Shown: positions 37,571 through 47,084 of the stretch, one piece after another | Layout: every line of letters begins with the position of its first letter | Position numbering within the stretch: position 1 is the first letter of the stretch | The notes under the pieces: generated by a model | Databases searched by the model: none | Told to the model about the DNA's origin: nothing | What the model saw: only the letters and a program-made list of their open reading frames with translations | Program-made: the position numbers and the translations under genes | IMG/VR virus record: IMGVR_UViG_3300022188_000006 | Location: 92,276 to 156,275 of that record | DNA: 64,000 bases | Source of the DNA: a virus | Reading direction: 5' to 3' (one strand)

Positions 37571-37947
37571 CTCTCACTCCTTTCCTCATAACAAAACAAC
37601 CAACCGTGCAACGTTGTAACCGGGACACACACCCGGTACATCTTTTGCATCATCTCGGATACAGCACTAAGTGTAAACCCCTCTTTTATTAGCCTTTGTG
37701 CTTCTCTAATCAAGTCCCATCCGTACTTGCTCTTTTTGGGGGCCAGATGCTTCTCTACAGCAGGATTACAAAAGTGCCGCTGGCACTCAGGACAATAGTG
37801 CTTCGACGAAATCACCAGCACATCTGTCGAAAGTGTACGCACCAGCCTCTCTGAGACACTATGTTTTTTCGAGATGCTTTTGCACTTTGGGCATTTTGCC
37901 ACCTGCGCGACACAGTTCAGTGTTTTCTTCCTTCGCTTCCGAGCCAC
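37567..37947 (-). CDS. Zn-ribbon + HTH protein resembling a transposase N-terminus, no catalytic domain
   Basis: CPKC..CPEC; TLSAVSE..VPVTTLHGW. Confidence 0.55.
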   Translation of the reverse strand: MARKRRKKTLNCVAQVAKCPKCKSISKKHSVSERLVRTLSTDVLVISSKHYCPECQRHFCNPAVEKHLAPKKSKYGWDLIREAQRLIKEGFTLSAVSEMMQKMYRVCVPVTTLHGWLFCYEERSER

Positions 37948-37949
37948 GG

Positions 37950-38729
37950 CTAGATTTCTCCCGGGTCTACTGCGGGCAGCTTATCCTGCCCACAGAGGTC
38001 CAGCCATTCTTCCCGCTGCATGAGATCCTCGATCAGGTCAGCCAAAACCGACTGCAATCGGTTTTTCTTCCTGCCAAGCCCCTCGCTCAGCGCTGAAAGT
38101 AGGCTCGCCAATCTCCCGTCACAACGGACAGCCAGGTGGACCGTGTCTCCTCTCAAGAACAGAATGAAACCACGACCGTCCAGGTCCCCCTCTGCGTCAA
38201 TAATTTCCTTTACCGCCGCACCTAGGGCATCATCGATCTTTTCTCCAGTTTCTTCTCCACCGCCTCCCGCGCCTCCGCCTGTGTCCTCCTTGACAAGGGC
38301 CGCCAGGTCGAGAGCTTCAGCCACCTCGGCCAGTTCCTCGTTTATCTCCTCAACCAAGTCTGCCACCCTGTCATCCAGCAGACGACCCATCGACCGACGA
38401 TTATTGAGAGATAGAAGCAGAGCCTTTTCGCGAGCACCGCCGGGTTCCAGATCCACCCAGGTAATGTCATCCTTGTGTACCACATCCTGTCCGAGTGCCT
38501 GTAGCGCTTCCAGCCGCCGATGCCCTCCGACAATTCTGTTCCCCCGCTTGTTGATCGTGATTGTCCCGCATAAACGGTACCCGTCCTCGCGACGCCAACC
38601 GGGAATAGCCTCCGTGTGTTCCTTGATGGACGCCTGCAGTCGTTGCATGTTCTTCTTCGATATCTTCGTGACGTTGTATTCGGCTGGCTTGAAGTTCGAA
38701 ATCATAATCCAGTCAGCATCCTTGCTCAT
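37950..38729 (-). CDS. ParB/Srx N-terminal domain protein
   Basis: PAEYN..IS..L..SI, ITINKR..IVGGHRRLEAL. Confidence 0.8.
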   Translation of the reverse strand: MSKDADWIMISNFKPAEYNVTKISKKNMQRLQASIKEHTEAIPGWRREDGYRLCGTITINKRGNRIVGGHRRLEALQALGQDVVHKDDITWVDLEPGGAREKALLLSLNNRRSMGRLLDDRVADLVEEINEELAEVAEALDLAALVKEDTGGGAGGGGEETGEKIDDALGAAVKEIIDAEGDLDGRGFILFLRGDTVHLAVRCDGRLASLLSALSEGLGRKKNRLQSVLADLIEDLMQREEWLDLCGQDKLPAVDPGEI

Positions 38730-39121
38730 TTACCTTTCCCTTTCACTTGTTTCTTCAACGTGACCAGTACTTCCGCTTTCAATACGCTGATCGCGTGTGT
38801 TGCAGCGGTTCCGTCTGGGTATATCAGCCGATTTCCACGCAGTGTGTCAAACAGGGCTCGTGTTCTGGCCTCGCTGAATCCTGCACTCTGCGCAAGCTGA
38901 TTCCATGGAATGTCTACCTTTGTCCAGAGCCAATCCCACCGCTCGCGTTCATCCTTTGGTATTTCACCTTTACGGATTGGTAAGGTGAGAATCGAGAGAT
39001 GTGTCCAGGAAGAGAGAAGTCGCTGCAAATCGGGATCGCCAACAAGTATAGCGGAACTGTGGTACCAGCGCTCTTCCTGGTCCCGGTACCAGTCCACAAG
39101 CTTCATGAATTCGCTGTCCAT
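38726..39121 (-). CDS. Hypothetical protein
   Basis: 131 aa ORF in operon. Confidence 0.6.
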   Translation of the reverse strand: MDSEFMKLVDWYRDQEERWYHSSAILVGDPDLQRLLSSWTHLSILTLPIRKGEIPKDERERWDWLWTKVDIPWNQLAQSAGFSEARTRALFDTLRGNRLIYPDGTAATHAISVLKAEVLVTLKKQVKGKGK

Positions 39122-39129
39122 GTTCTTGA

Positions 39130-39957
39130 TTACTTTTTGAACGGATTCTGTTTACACTGAAAACCGGCAGCGCCCTTGTGTCCGCCACCACCGTAGAGTT
39201 TTGCAATCTTGCCTACGTCTAGGTCCGGTCGCACTGTGTACAGCGAAACAGTGTACTCCTTCCCTGTCCAGACAAACGTGGCAACAATATCATATCTGTT
39301 GATCTTCTCCCCAAAAGCCTCCGAGTTCAATCCTTCTGAGTTCACGACAAAGCATTTATGTCCCGCAAACTTCGCCTCGAATCCGAACTTTTCAACGACC
39401 TCTGCTGCTTTGCTCAGTAGTGCTCTGCGAATCCAGCGCCCTTGCTCGATAACCTCCAGAACCACCCTTGTGTCATCAGCCAGCAGATCTTTCCACAGCG
39501 GATTCTCCGGCTCGTCTCTTCCGGTTAACCCGGCGACAAAACACAGGCTTTTCTCGCCGAACGCATGTTTCCACGTGTCGAAATCGGAAACCAACTTCAC
39601 TGCTTCTGGTGGTGATTTTCGGAAGCAGTACTTCCAAGTCAGAAGAGCCGCTGAATCATTTACATCCCGAATACCTTCAAGATCCTCTGCTGGGGTGCCT
39701 TTCGCAGCGTCAATAGCACTGGCATGGTGGTCAATCCAGACAACGTTCTTTGTCACAGCCAGCAACTTCTTCCAGGATGCAGCCGGTTGCATGCTGAAAT
39801 CGACGATGTAGATGCTCTCATTCTTCCGTATGCTCTCCAAAGGCAGCCCGCGCTCGTAGCTAACCTCGACAACGTTGACTGGCATTCCGGCCAAGGATTT
39901 TAGCAGCACCGCGGCCGAACAGCGACCATCGGTGTCATCGTGATGGAATATCTTCAT
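39130..39957 (-). CDS. DHH/DHHA1 phosphoesterase
   Basis: HDDTDG, VDFS, IDHH, GGGGHKGAAGF; start at the ATGA overlap. Confidence 0.92.
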   Translation of the reverse strand: MKIFHHDDTDGRCSAAVLLKSLAGMPVNVVEVSYERGLPLESIRKNESIYIVDFSMQPAASWKKLLAVTKNVVWIDHHASAIDAAKGTPAEDLEGIRDVNDSAALLTWKYCFRKSPPEAVKLVSDFDTWKHAFGEKSLCFVAGLTGRDEPENPLWKDLLADDTRVVLEVIEQGRWIRRALLSKAAEVVEKFGFEAKFAGHKCFVVNSEGLNSEAFGEKINRYDIVATFVWTGKEYTVSLYTVRPDLDVGKIAKLYGGGGHKGAAGFQCKQNPFKK

Positions 39958-40220
39958 CCTTCTTTCCCCAAATGCGCAAGCGCCTCTGGATAACCGAAGC
40001 ACCGCTCTCCCACACAAACTATTGGGTACTTTCCGTCATTCATTTGCAGGGCGACAAACACCTGTAGTGCCACTTTGTCACGCCGTCTCCCCGTCTCTAT
40101 GTCGCGTATGTCAGCTTTCAGAGGCTCAACGCCCGTAATTTCCTTGATATGCGTCCAGGCGCGTCTGCATCTCGCACAGTTATCCATCCCCCATATCGTG
40201 ATATTAGTCAACTTCGGCAT
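39954..40220 (-). CDS. Glutaredoxin/NrdH-like protein
   Basis: IWG..NCARC ... YPIV. Confidence 0.65.
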   Translation of the reverse strand: MPKLTNITIWGMDNCARCRRAWTHIKEITGVEPLKADIRDIETGRRRDKVALQVFVALQMNDGKYPIVCVGERCFGYPEALAHLGKEG

Positions 40221-40404
40221 CGTTGAAACTTCCGCGCCAGTCTATGAATGTCTCATCGAGAAACTCCCGCATCTCCTGCTCGGTCATACCCGTTTTCCGC
40301 ACATATTCAGGCCGCTTATGAAAAACCCTTTGGAATAAAAACCAGCGTGCCTCCCGAACTTCTGCTCTCCATCTCTCAATGATGCTCTCCTCGGATTCGT
40401 CCAT
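40204..40404 (-). CDS. Small hypothetical protein
   Basis: ORF in operon; ATG 40404 preferred as start. Confidence 0.45.
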   Translation of the reverse strand: MDESEESIIERWRAEVREARWFLFQRVFHKRPEYVRKTGMTEQEMREFLDETFIDWRGSFNDAEVD

Positions 40405-40783
40405 CTGCCGCCCCCTGCCACAGCCAATCTCTAAACGCCATGATGTCGTGCCAACTGCCGGTAAGTAGGATTGCAGCGGCATCGCCCGGGAATTGTGAAA
40501 TGCAGGCCTGCAACATATGCTTCAGAGCGTCCGATCCGCCACCCTGTCCTTCTGCTAACTCTCTCATGCTGCGCGCTCCGAGCCGAACACACAGGTCTCC
40601 TGGAAAGCGCCTATCCAGGTACTCATCCAACATCATACGATATTCGTTGGGAAGTTGCAAGTCTTTATCTTCAAGGATGCGCAGGGCCAGGCTATACAGT
40701 CTATCCTTGAAAACGTCTGATATCACTGCTGTCTTCGCGAGTTCCTCTCTCAACTCGCGCAGAGCTTCCGGTTCCTCATCCAC
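40376..40783 (-). CDS. Hypothetical protein
   Basis: 135 aa ORF. Confidence 0.6.
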   Translation of the reverse strand: MDEEPEALRELREELAKTAVISDVFKDRLYSLALRILEDKDLQLPNEYRMMLDEYLDRRFPGDLCVRLGARSMRELAEGQGGGSDALKHMLQACISQFPGDAAAILLTGSWHDIMAFRDWLWQGAADGRIRGEHH

Positions 40784-40796
40784 CGCTTACACCTTT

Positions 40797-42047
40797 TCAT
40801 CCGAAGCTGACAACTGTCCCGAACGGGACCGGATACTCGGCATACTCTTCGGGAACAACCCAGATGACCGGATAATCCGGTTCCTCGTCCGGGAAGGTTC
40901 CCATCAGGTCGGTCATGTAAAACAAACAGCTGGGCCTGTAGCGATCCTCGGCCAGTTTCTCGAATACCGGCACAAAACTGGTTCCGCCTCTTCCCTTCAG
41001 CGTTCTGGGAATATCATCCACATCAGATATCAGCACGTCATCCACCACAGCCGCGTCGCACATCAATAACCTGACCTCGGAAATGTCGCGCGCCCGCACC
41101 AGGCGCAGCATCATTGAAAGAAAATCCGCAGCCATGTCCAGGTCTATCGACCCGGAGCTATCCAAGCCCACCGCGACCCTGGTAGTCTCGATATCGAGAC
41201 TTGGGAGATAGAGTCGCCTTGACACGTACCTCCGGTCAAACTCCAACATGCTGTAGTCGCTTTTGCTCACCTCGTCGAGGAACATCGCGGCCAATTTCTC
41301 AAGCGGAAGCTTCGGCTCCGTCAGTTCCTCTACAAGCTCCTCCATTCCAGCGGGAACGTGACCTTGCATCTTCCCAGCGGCCACCGCCTCCACCAGCCTG
41401 TCACGCCACTGCTTTTCCTGCTCCCGCATCTGCTGTTCAAGGCTGCCACTTCCGTCCATCGGAAACTGCTGGCCATCATTCTTATCATCTGAGGCGCCGC
41501 CACTCTGCCCTTGCTGGGCTCCACTGCTGTTGTCTGAGCCGTCCCCGGGAGGCGGCAGCAAGTCTTCCATGCCAGGTTGCTGCTCGTTACCCCCTCCTCC
41601 TGACTGTTCCTGCTGCTCTTCCTGAAGTACCTGATAGACCTCCTCGACAGACATGCCGCTAAATCTGTCATCGCAGTACCAGTCACCAGGTACGTACATC
41701 TCTTCCGACTTCAGGAAGTTGTTTACCACGTGGTCAGCCGCGATGTTCCACAGCTTCCTGTCCCGCCACTCGATCCTCCATGGCCAGATGTGTCCGAGCG
41801 CAGCATGCAGCACCTCGTGACAAAGCACAGACAGTTTTTCCGCGTTGTCCTTTTTTTCCATCTCGCTCCGCTTAAAGTAGAGCCGCCGTCCGTCAGTACC
41901 TACAAAACTACTGTCCGGGTATCCGGCCGCGGCCCACTCGGCCTCGCTCATCTCCATCTCTTCCATGTGCAAGGCCAGCGTTGCGAAGAACTGGTAGTCA
42001 GTTACCAGACGCACCTTTGTATTTTCGAATAGCTTCGACTTTTTCAT
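40797..42047 (-). CDS. Metallopeptidase-like + vWA protein (DUF2201 type)
   Basis: GTDG, HEVLH, WNIAAD; LDSSGSI MIDAS, GRGGT.F, YMTD. Confidence 0.88.
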   Translation of the reverse strand: MKKSKLFENTKVRLVTDYQFFATLALHMEEMEMSEAEWAAAGYPDSSFVGTDGRRLYFKRSEMEKKDNAEKLSVLCHEVLHAALGHIWPWRIEWRDRKLWNIAADHVVNNFLKSEEMYVPGDWYCDDRFSGMSVEEVYQVLQEEQQEQSGGGGNEQQPGMEDLLPPPGDGSDNSSGAQQGQSGGASDDKNDGQQFPMDGSGSLEQQMREQEKQWRDRLVEAVAAGKMQGHVPAGMEELVEELTEPKLPLEKLAAMFLDEVSKSDYSMLEFDRRYVSRRLYLPSLDIETTRVAVGLDSSGSIDLDMAADFLSMMLRLVRARDISEVRLLMCDAAVVDDVLISDVDDIPRTLKGRGGTSFVPVFEKLAEDRYRPSCLFYMTDLMGTFPDEEPDYPVIWVVPEEYAEYPVPFGTVVSFG

Positions 42048-42049
42048 GA

Positions 42050-43108
42050 CTACACCATCGTGGCGGCCTGATACTTCTTGCCGAAGGCAGCCCATTCCTC
42101 ACTTTTGACCAGCTCATCCCAATGGTCATTGAAAGCGGGCGTCTTCAAGAGATCCTTCACAGCATAGGTCGCGAACTCAGCCGGCATTTGCTCTGTCGCG
42201 TACCTCACCATGTTCCGCATGCCCTGAAGCACGTTCTCGCAGCTGGTCGCCGCGCCCACCAGCGCGCCGCCAAAGGCGAACAACTCGTCCGGCTTTGTCG
42301 GACACTTCACCGACATGTCCCCGCTCACGACCGCCTCGGCGTTCGGGATCTTGTTGTAGACTCGCATGAACCCGGCAAACTGAATTGCAACCGATTCTCC
42401 CAAACACGGAACAAACCTCTCCGCTTCTTTCGCCGACGGATCCACCGAAAGCAGCCTAGACACGAACTCCCAGCTCCGGGGCGTCGGGAACTGATAAACG
42501 TGTACTTTTTTGTCGAAGAAGTAGAGGTACTTCGGCTGATAAGACAGGTAAGCAATCACCTCCTCCTTGATTCCGTTCTTCAGCGCCCACTTTTTCCAGG
42601 CTGAGAGACTCACCTCGACCTCGTAATGCACGAACCGGTTCCGCAACGCGCTGCTCATCTCGTAGGTGACTGCAAGATCGTCGATCAGGTTGCCAGCGGC
42701 GATGATGTCGACTCCATCTGCCAACTCTGCATCGCCGGTCCGCCGGTCAAAAACAAGTTGGTAAGCGGCTACCTGCAGCGCCCGAGGACAGGCGTTGATC
42801 TCGTCCAGGAAGAGGATGGCATTCTCCAGCTTCTTGTCACCTTTCAGCGGGAGTGACTTTGGCGGGAACCACACCATTCTCCCGCCTTCCTCGCCGGGCA
42901 CACCAAGCACGTCTACCGGGTTCCGCATGCTCAACCTGAAGTCCACCAAAGGTCGACCGCTCTCTTCGGCGATCTGCTTGACCGCGGCGCTCTTCCCACA
43001 GCCGGGGTGCCCGTGCAGCATCACCGGCAACCGCGCCTGAAAACACACCTTGATCTCATCCTTCAGGCGGTCAATCGGATATGTGACTCTCTTTATGTCT
43101 TTTGCCAT
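42050..43108 (-). CDS. MoxR-like AAA+ ATPase
   Basis: GHPGCGKS, LFLDE, AAGN, ALRNRF, TPRSW. Confidence 0.9.
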   Translation of the reverse strand: MAKDIKRVTYPIDRLKDEIKVCFQARLPVMLHGHPGCGKSAAVKQIAEESGRPLVDFRLSMRNPVDVLGVPGEEGGRMVWFPPKSLPLKGDKKLENAILFLDEINACPRALQVAAYQLVFDRRTGDAELADGVDIIAAGNLIDDLAVTYEMSSALRNRFVHYEVEVSLSAWKKWALKNGIKEEVIAYLSYQPKYLYFFDKKVHVYQFPTPRSWEFVSRLLSVDPSAKEAERFVPCLGESVAIQFAGFMRVYNKIPNAEAVVSGDMSVKCPTKPDELFAFGGALVGAATSCENVLQGMRNMVRYATEQMPAEFATYAVKDLLKTPAFNDHWDELVKSEEWAAFGKKYQAATMV

Positions 43109-43118
43109 GGGACTGCTC

Positions 43119-43694
43119 CTAGAAGAGGGTCAGTTGGGCTTCCATTTCGACCTGTTTAGCAGATTCGCGGCTTGCCCTCAGTTGCTCTTTCACCTGTTCC
43201 TCGCGCTCCTCGAACAGGCGAAGCGCCGCCGTCAGGGCTACCTCGATATCCTTTGTCAAACCGTAAAGCACCGCCAAGCCGTTAATTTCCTTGAGCCTCT
43301 CCTTTCCGTCCCGCACGTACCGCAGACTCACACCGCCGTCTTCCTTTTTCTCCGCCTCCTTCTTGTAGAGCCTCTTTACCAGTTCATCGACCTGTTGTTT
43401 CAAGGCCGAGGCCGCCAGCCTTCTAACCTTGTCCACGGACCTGTTGTCAAATGGCAACACGAAGACTGCTGCCCTGTTGCCGGTCTCGTACTCTGCCTCG
43501 GCCACGATCTGTTCCAACTTCTCCTTGAGACCCCATTGAAACAGATAGACGCTCAGGTTTACCCTGATTGCCAGACGCCGGATCGCCCGGTAGAGCTTGT
43601 TGTAGAGGCTCTGGTGCCCGTTCGGCACGTCGTAGACCAGAATCCCGTAAGTGATTCCGTTTCCCTGTTCTTCTACTTCGAGTCCGTCCGCCAT
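43119..43694 (-). CDS. Cas2/VapD/PaaX-like ferredoxin-fold domain + coiled coil
   Basis: ILVYDVP...LYRAIRRLAIRVNLSVYLF; RBS AAGGAG. Confidence 0.55.
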   Translation of the reverse strand: MADGLEVEEQGNGITYGILVYDVPNGHQSLYNKLYRAIRRLAIRVNLSVYLFQWGLKEKLEQIVAEAEYETGNRAAVFVLPFDNRSVDKVRRLAASALKQQVDELVKRLYKKEAEKKEDGGVSLRYVRDGKERLKEINGLAVLYGLTKDIEVALTAALRLFEEREEQVKEQLRASRESAKQVEMEAQLTLF

Positions 43695-43748
43695 GGTTCA
43701 CTCCTTTCTTGCTGCTTCCATGACACTTAGCGACGAACTCTTCGTATT

Positions 43749-45158
43749 TCAACCACCGCCATGACTGATAATCTCGAAACCTTTGGCAGCATACAACCGT
43801 GCCCGTTTCCCCCAGAATCTCCCCAAGATGTCGTTCTTGACCTCCCTGCCACCGACATCGGAAATTGCGTCTATTGGATCGACAACCATTGGATCTTTCT
43901 TTCCGGCACAGCCTCGCAGGATCCTTCCCACTGGCTGCTCCACGTCTGCTTTTGGCGTTAGAAAAACCAGAGTATCCAATGCCGGTAAGTCGAGCGCATC
44001 CTTCGCCATTCCATAGGTGCCTATGAGCAGATCCGCTTCGTGCGCCTTTGCTTGGTCTTTCTTCTTTGTCGCACCCACATACCTGAGGACACGGTACTGC
44101 GGCATCCGCCGTTCTACCTCGTCGGCGAGCAGGTGCACCTGTTCGAGCCGGTCGCTGAGGGCAATCACCTTACGACCCTTTTCTAATGCGCGACACAGCA
44201 CGCGAAGAAGGATTGCATTTCTCTTCCTGTTCTTCGCAAGCCAGTTTATCAGTCTCGACATGTACACCTTGTCACCGGACCGAGGCATGTAGTAATTGCT
44301 GGGCACCACCATTGGGACTGCCAGAGCATATACCTTACAGTCGACGACCCTGACAGTATCCATGACTGTCAAGACCTTCCCCATATGTCTCTCGAATATC
44401 CCTTGTAAGCCATCCGAACGTCTAGGTGTCGCCGTCAGCCCTATACGCACCGAGGCCGAGAACCTTGGAACCACTGTCTGGAACAAGGGCGCGCCAAACT
44501 TATGCACCTCGTCCACGATTAGCAGCCCAGCAAAGTTCTCTAGCTTCTCGTTTCTTCCCCGTGAATACAGCGTCTGCGCCATACACAGAACCACCTTGCA
44601 TCCGTCTATTCTGCTCTTGCTCTGTCTTACCTCTCCCACATCATCCTTGCCAAGTCCGAGGAACCTTTCGAGGCGTTCCCTCCACTGTCGTATGAGGAAG
44701 TCCTTGTCAACAACGACAGCCGTCGTTCTTTTCAACTTGGCCATCATCTTACAAGCGCACACGGTCTTACCCTGGCCGCACTCAGCGCAAAAGATTCCGT
44801 GTTTGAACGGCGACTCCTGCCGCCCCATCTTGCTGAAAAACTCGGCTATCGCCCTATCCTGCGCATCGGACAACTGTTTGAAACGGTCCTTGTCCTCCCC
44901 AGGATTGAATACAAAGTCGACCCGCTCACCCCGCGACATCCGATCTTCCACATCCTTGCTTCTTAATTCTTCCCACCAGTAAGACCGTGGAAGCGTTATC
45001 AGGTCTCGGTCTTCCTCCAGTAAACTCACCGTCACACCTGGTCCGAATCCAAAATACTCCCCTCCGCGCGACCTGAACAGCAGATCTCGCTTTGCTTTTC
45101 CGTACTCCGCTTCGGTCAGCACTGACCGACTCAGGGTCACAGTCCCATCAAGTATCAA
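43749..45158 (-). CDS. SF2 (DEAH) helicase
   Basis: CGQGKT, DEVH, TAT, QPVGRILR. Confidence 0.9.
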   Translation of the reverse strand: MILDGTVTLSRSVLTEAEYGKAKRDLLFRSRGGEYFGFGPGVTVSLLEEDRDLITLPRSYWWEELRSKDVEDRMSRGERVDFVFNPGEDKDRFKQLSDAQDRAIAEFFSKMGRQESPFKHGIFCAECGQGKTVCACKMMAKLKRTTAVVVDKDFLIRQWRERLERFLGLGKDDVGEVRQSKSRIDGCKVVLCMAQTLYSRGRNEKLENFAGLLIVDEVHKFGAPLFQTVVPRFSASVRIGLTATPRRSDGLQGIFERHMGKVLTVMDTVRVVDCKVYALAVPMVVPSNYYMPRSGDKVYMSRLINWLAKNRKRNAILLRVLCRALEKGRKVIALSDRLEQVHLLADEVERRMPQYRVLRYVGATKKKDQAKAHEADLLIGTYGMAKDALDLPALDTLVFLTPKADVEQPVGRILRGCAGKKDPMVVDPIDAISDVGGREVKNDILGRFWGKRARLYAAKGFEIISHGGG

Positions 45159-46486
45159 AACGTCATCTCCATCGTCGTCGGCTGGTCCCCGGATTCTCCC
45201 TCGTCGATCACATCTCCGTCCAGGTCAACCACAGCCTTCTGGCTGAAGTCCATGTTGTCGAAATCCCAATTCACGTGGATGTTCACCTGCTCGCCTTCGC
45301 GGTGTTCCAACAGTCTTACGAGCATTTCTTTTTCCTCACGCATAATGCTCGTCTGGAACATGCCTATGAGTCCGTCACAGTTCTGTGCGATCTCATATGC
45401 GTACCCGATGTCTTCAGAACCCGCATCGACACGGGACCGCTTCACCTTTCTGGAGAACTGTGTCGTCCCGATAATCTTGGTCATCTTGCTCTGCGCGATG
45501 TCCTGCAAGTGGTCAGCTATCGTGGAAACCCGCTCGTACTTCGACATTGCCTTGGTTCCAGCCACCTGCATGAGATAAATGCCGTCTATTAGGGCAACAT
45601 CGGGCTTGATGTCCTCGATAAGCATTTCCAGGTCGTCAGGCGTTTTTACTAAGCCCTTACCGCAAATGAACGCAGCTTGGCCAAGGTTTTTGATCTTGTT
45701 CAGGTGCTCTGCGTAGCGCTCCTCAAGCGCCTGGTCTAGGAATCCTTTTCTCAGCGACTCAAACGGAATCTTCCCAGCCAAAGCATCGTATCTTCTGGAC
45801 ATCTTGCTTATCGGCATTTCCATAGACACCAGCAGCGTCGTAGCCCCATGCTGGAGAAAAGTGTCCATGAGTGCTATCTCACACCATGTCTTTCCTGTCT
45901 TTAACCTAGCGACAATGAACCACAGCTCCCCGTTGTGTATGCCTCCTGTTACCTCGTTGAACGCTTCCCAAGGAAAGGGGAGACCGTCGATCTTCCCCTG
46001 CATGGTCTTCATCTTCAGGTACTCTTCCCACCGTTCCTCGGTGTTCGTCCTGATGTCGACTATGCCGGTCTCTTTCCCGGTCTGCCCAACCATCATAATC
46101 TCGCGGATGCGCTCTTTGACTACGTCGACCGCCGCTTCTGTCCTGCCGGACATTACTTCGTCGTGGCTCTTCGACAGCGCCTCCGCAAGCCGATACCTGC
46201 GCCACCTCTCGACGATCTCGTTTGTATAGTATTCAAGCGGTTCCAGTTTTCCTGGGGCGAATTTTACACCACACTTCTGTTCTACCGTTTCTACCGTAGG
46301 CATCTTGCCGTAGTTTCGGTAGAAGTCAGAAACAAACTCATATGCGATGCCCCACACCTCTGTGTCCTTCACCCACCCTACCATGGTCGACTTAAAACCT
46401 GCCTCCAGCAAGGGGCGCATCCCTTCACTTTCCAGCAACGCCCGTACAAAGCGTTCGTCCAGCACATACACTTGCTCGTCAGCCAT
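45155..46486 (-). CDS. dnaB: DnaB-like replicative helicase
   Basis: ARLKTGKT, SMEM, IDGIYLM, QFSR, REG. Confidence 0.88.
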   Translation of the reverse strand: MADEQVYVLDERFVRALLESEGMRPLLEAGFKSTMVGWVKDTEVWGIAYEFVSDFYRNYGKMPTVETVEQKCGVKFAPGKLEPLEYYTNEIVERWRRYRLAEALSKSHDEVMSGRTEAAVDVVKERIREIMMVGQTGKETGIVDIRTNTEERWEEYLKMKTMQGKIDGLPFPWEAFNEVTGGIHNGELWFIVARLKTGKTWCEIALMDTFLQHGATTLLVSMEMPISKMSRRYDALAGKIPFESLRKGFLDQALEERYAEHLNKIKNLGQAAFICGKGLVKTPDDLEMLIEDIKPDVALIDGIYLMQVAGTKAMSKYERVSTIADHLQDIAQSKMTKIIGTTQFSRKVKRSRVDAGSEDIGYAYEIAQNCDGLIGMFQTSIMREEKEMLVRLLEHREGEQVNIHVNWDFDNMDFSQKAVVDLDGDVIDEGESGDQPTTMEMTF

Positions 46487-47084
46487 TCCGCCCGACCTCC
46501 ATCACGACGGTCTTCGTTGTTGTCTTCAGAAGCTCCAGAACCGTAGGGCCGTAGGCCGCGGAAAGTGCCTTCACGGTCAAGTTCGTGCTGACAATGGTTG
46601 GAAGCCCTGCGTTGTATCTGCAGCGCAGTATGCGCTCCGTCATAGCCTTTGCCACCTCCTTTCCGGCCATCGCGCCGAGGTCATCCAGAATCAGGAACGC
46701 CGCATGTCGCAATCTTCTTCTGCGATCATCATCATCGCTCATTTCTATCTCAGCAAGATCCCATTCAGCCTCGAAATGAGGCCAGCAACCACGTCTGATA
46801 ATCTCCTTGCCGATAACTACGGTCCCCGAGGTCTTTCCTAGTTGCGGTGGTCCGATAATCAGGAGGCCTATTCCCTGCTCCCGATACCCTTCCAGGTTCT
46901 CCATGTACTCGACGATTCCTTCCTTGACCTTCGGGTACCTGTCGAACCATGACAGCCGCGCCTTCCAAAATTTCCTAGGGATATTACAGAGAGCGAGTCT
47001 ACGCGCCGTCAAACGGGCGTCATCCGGTTCCCGGAGCGGCCGCTTCGCCTCTATCCTGGCTGCCAGATCCTCGTCCGAAATCAC
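46479..47084 (-). CDS. DnaC/IstB-like ATPase (helicase loader)
   Basis: GPPQLGKT, LILDDLG, R.RY...PTIVSTN. Confidence 0.85.
   Translation of the reverse strand: MISDEDLAARIEAKRPLREPDDARLTARRLALCNIPRKFWKARLSWFDRYPKVKEGIVEYMENLEGYREQGIGLLIIGPPQLGKTSGTVVIGKEIIRRGCWPHFEAEWDLAEIEMSDDDDRRRRLRHAAFLILDDLGAMAGKEVAKAMTERILRCRYNAGLPTIVSTNLTVKALSAAYGPTVLELLKTTTKTVVMEVGRNG

Noticed and set aside
37567-37947. IS element
   Set aside because: Only Zn-ribbon and HTH; no DDE domain, terminal repeats or target duplication seen
33463-43694. Cas4-like plus Cas2-like genes as a CRISPR adaptation module
   Set aside because: About 9 kb apart, no Cas1 and no array; the Cas4-like gene sits in a normal recombination operon
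43447-43752. 101-aa minus-strand ORF
   Set aside because: Mostly overlaps 43119-43694, which has the better RBS and motif
46479-47084. IstB of an IS21 element
   Set aside because: No IstA; position between initiator and DnaB indicates a helicase loader
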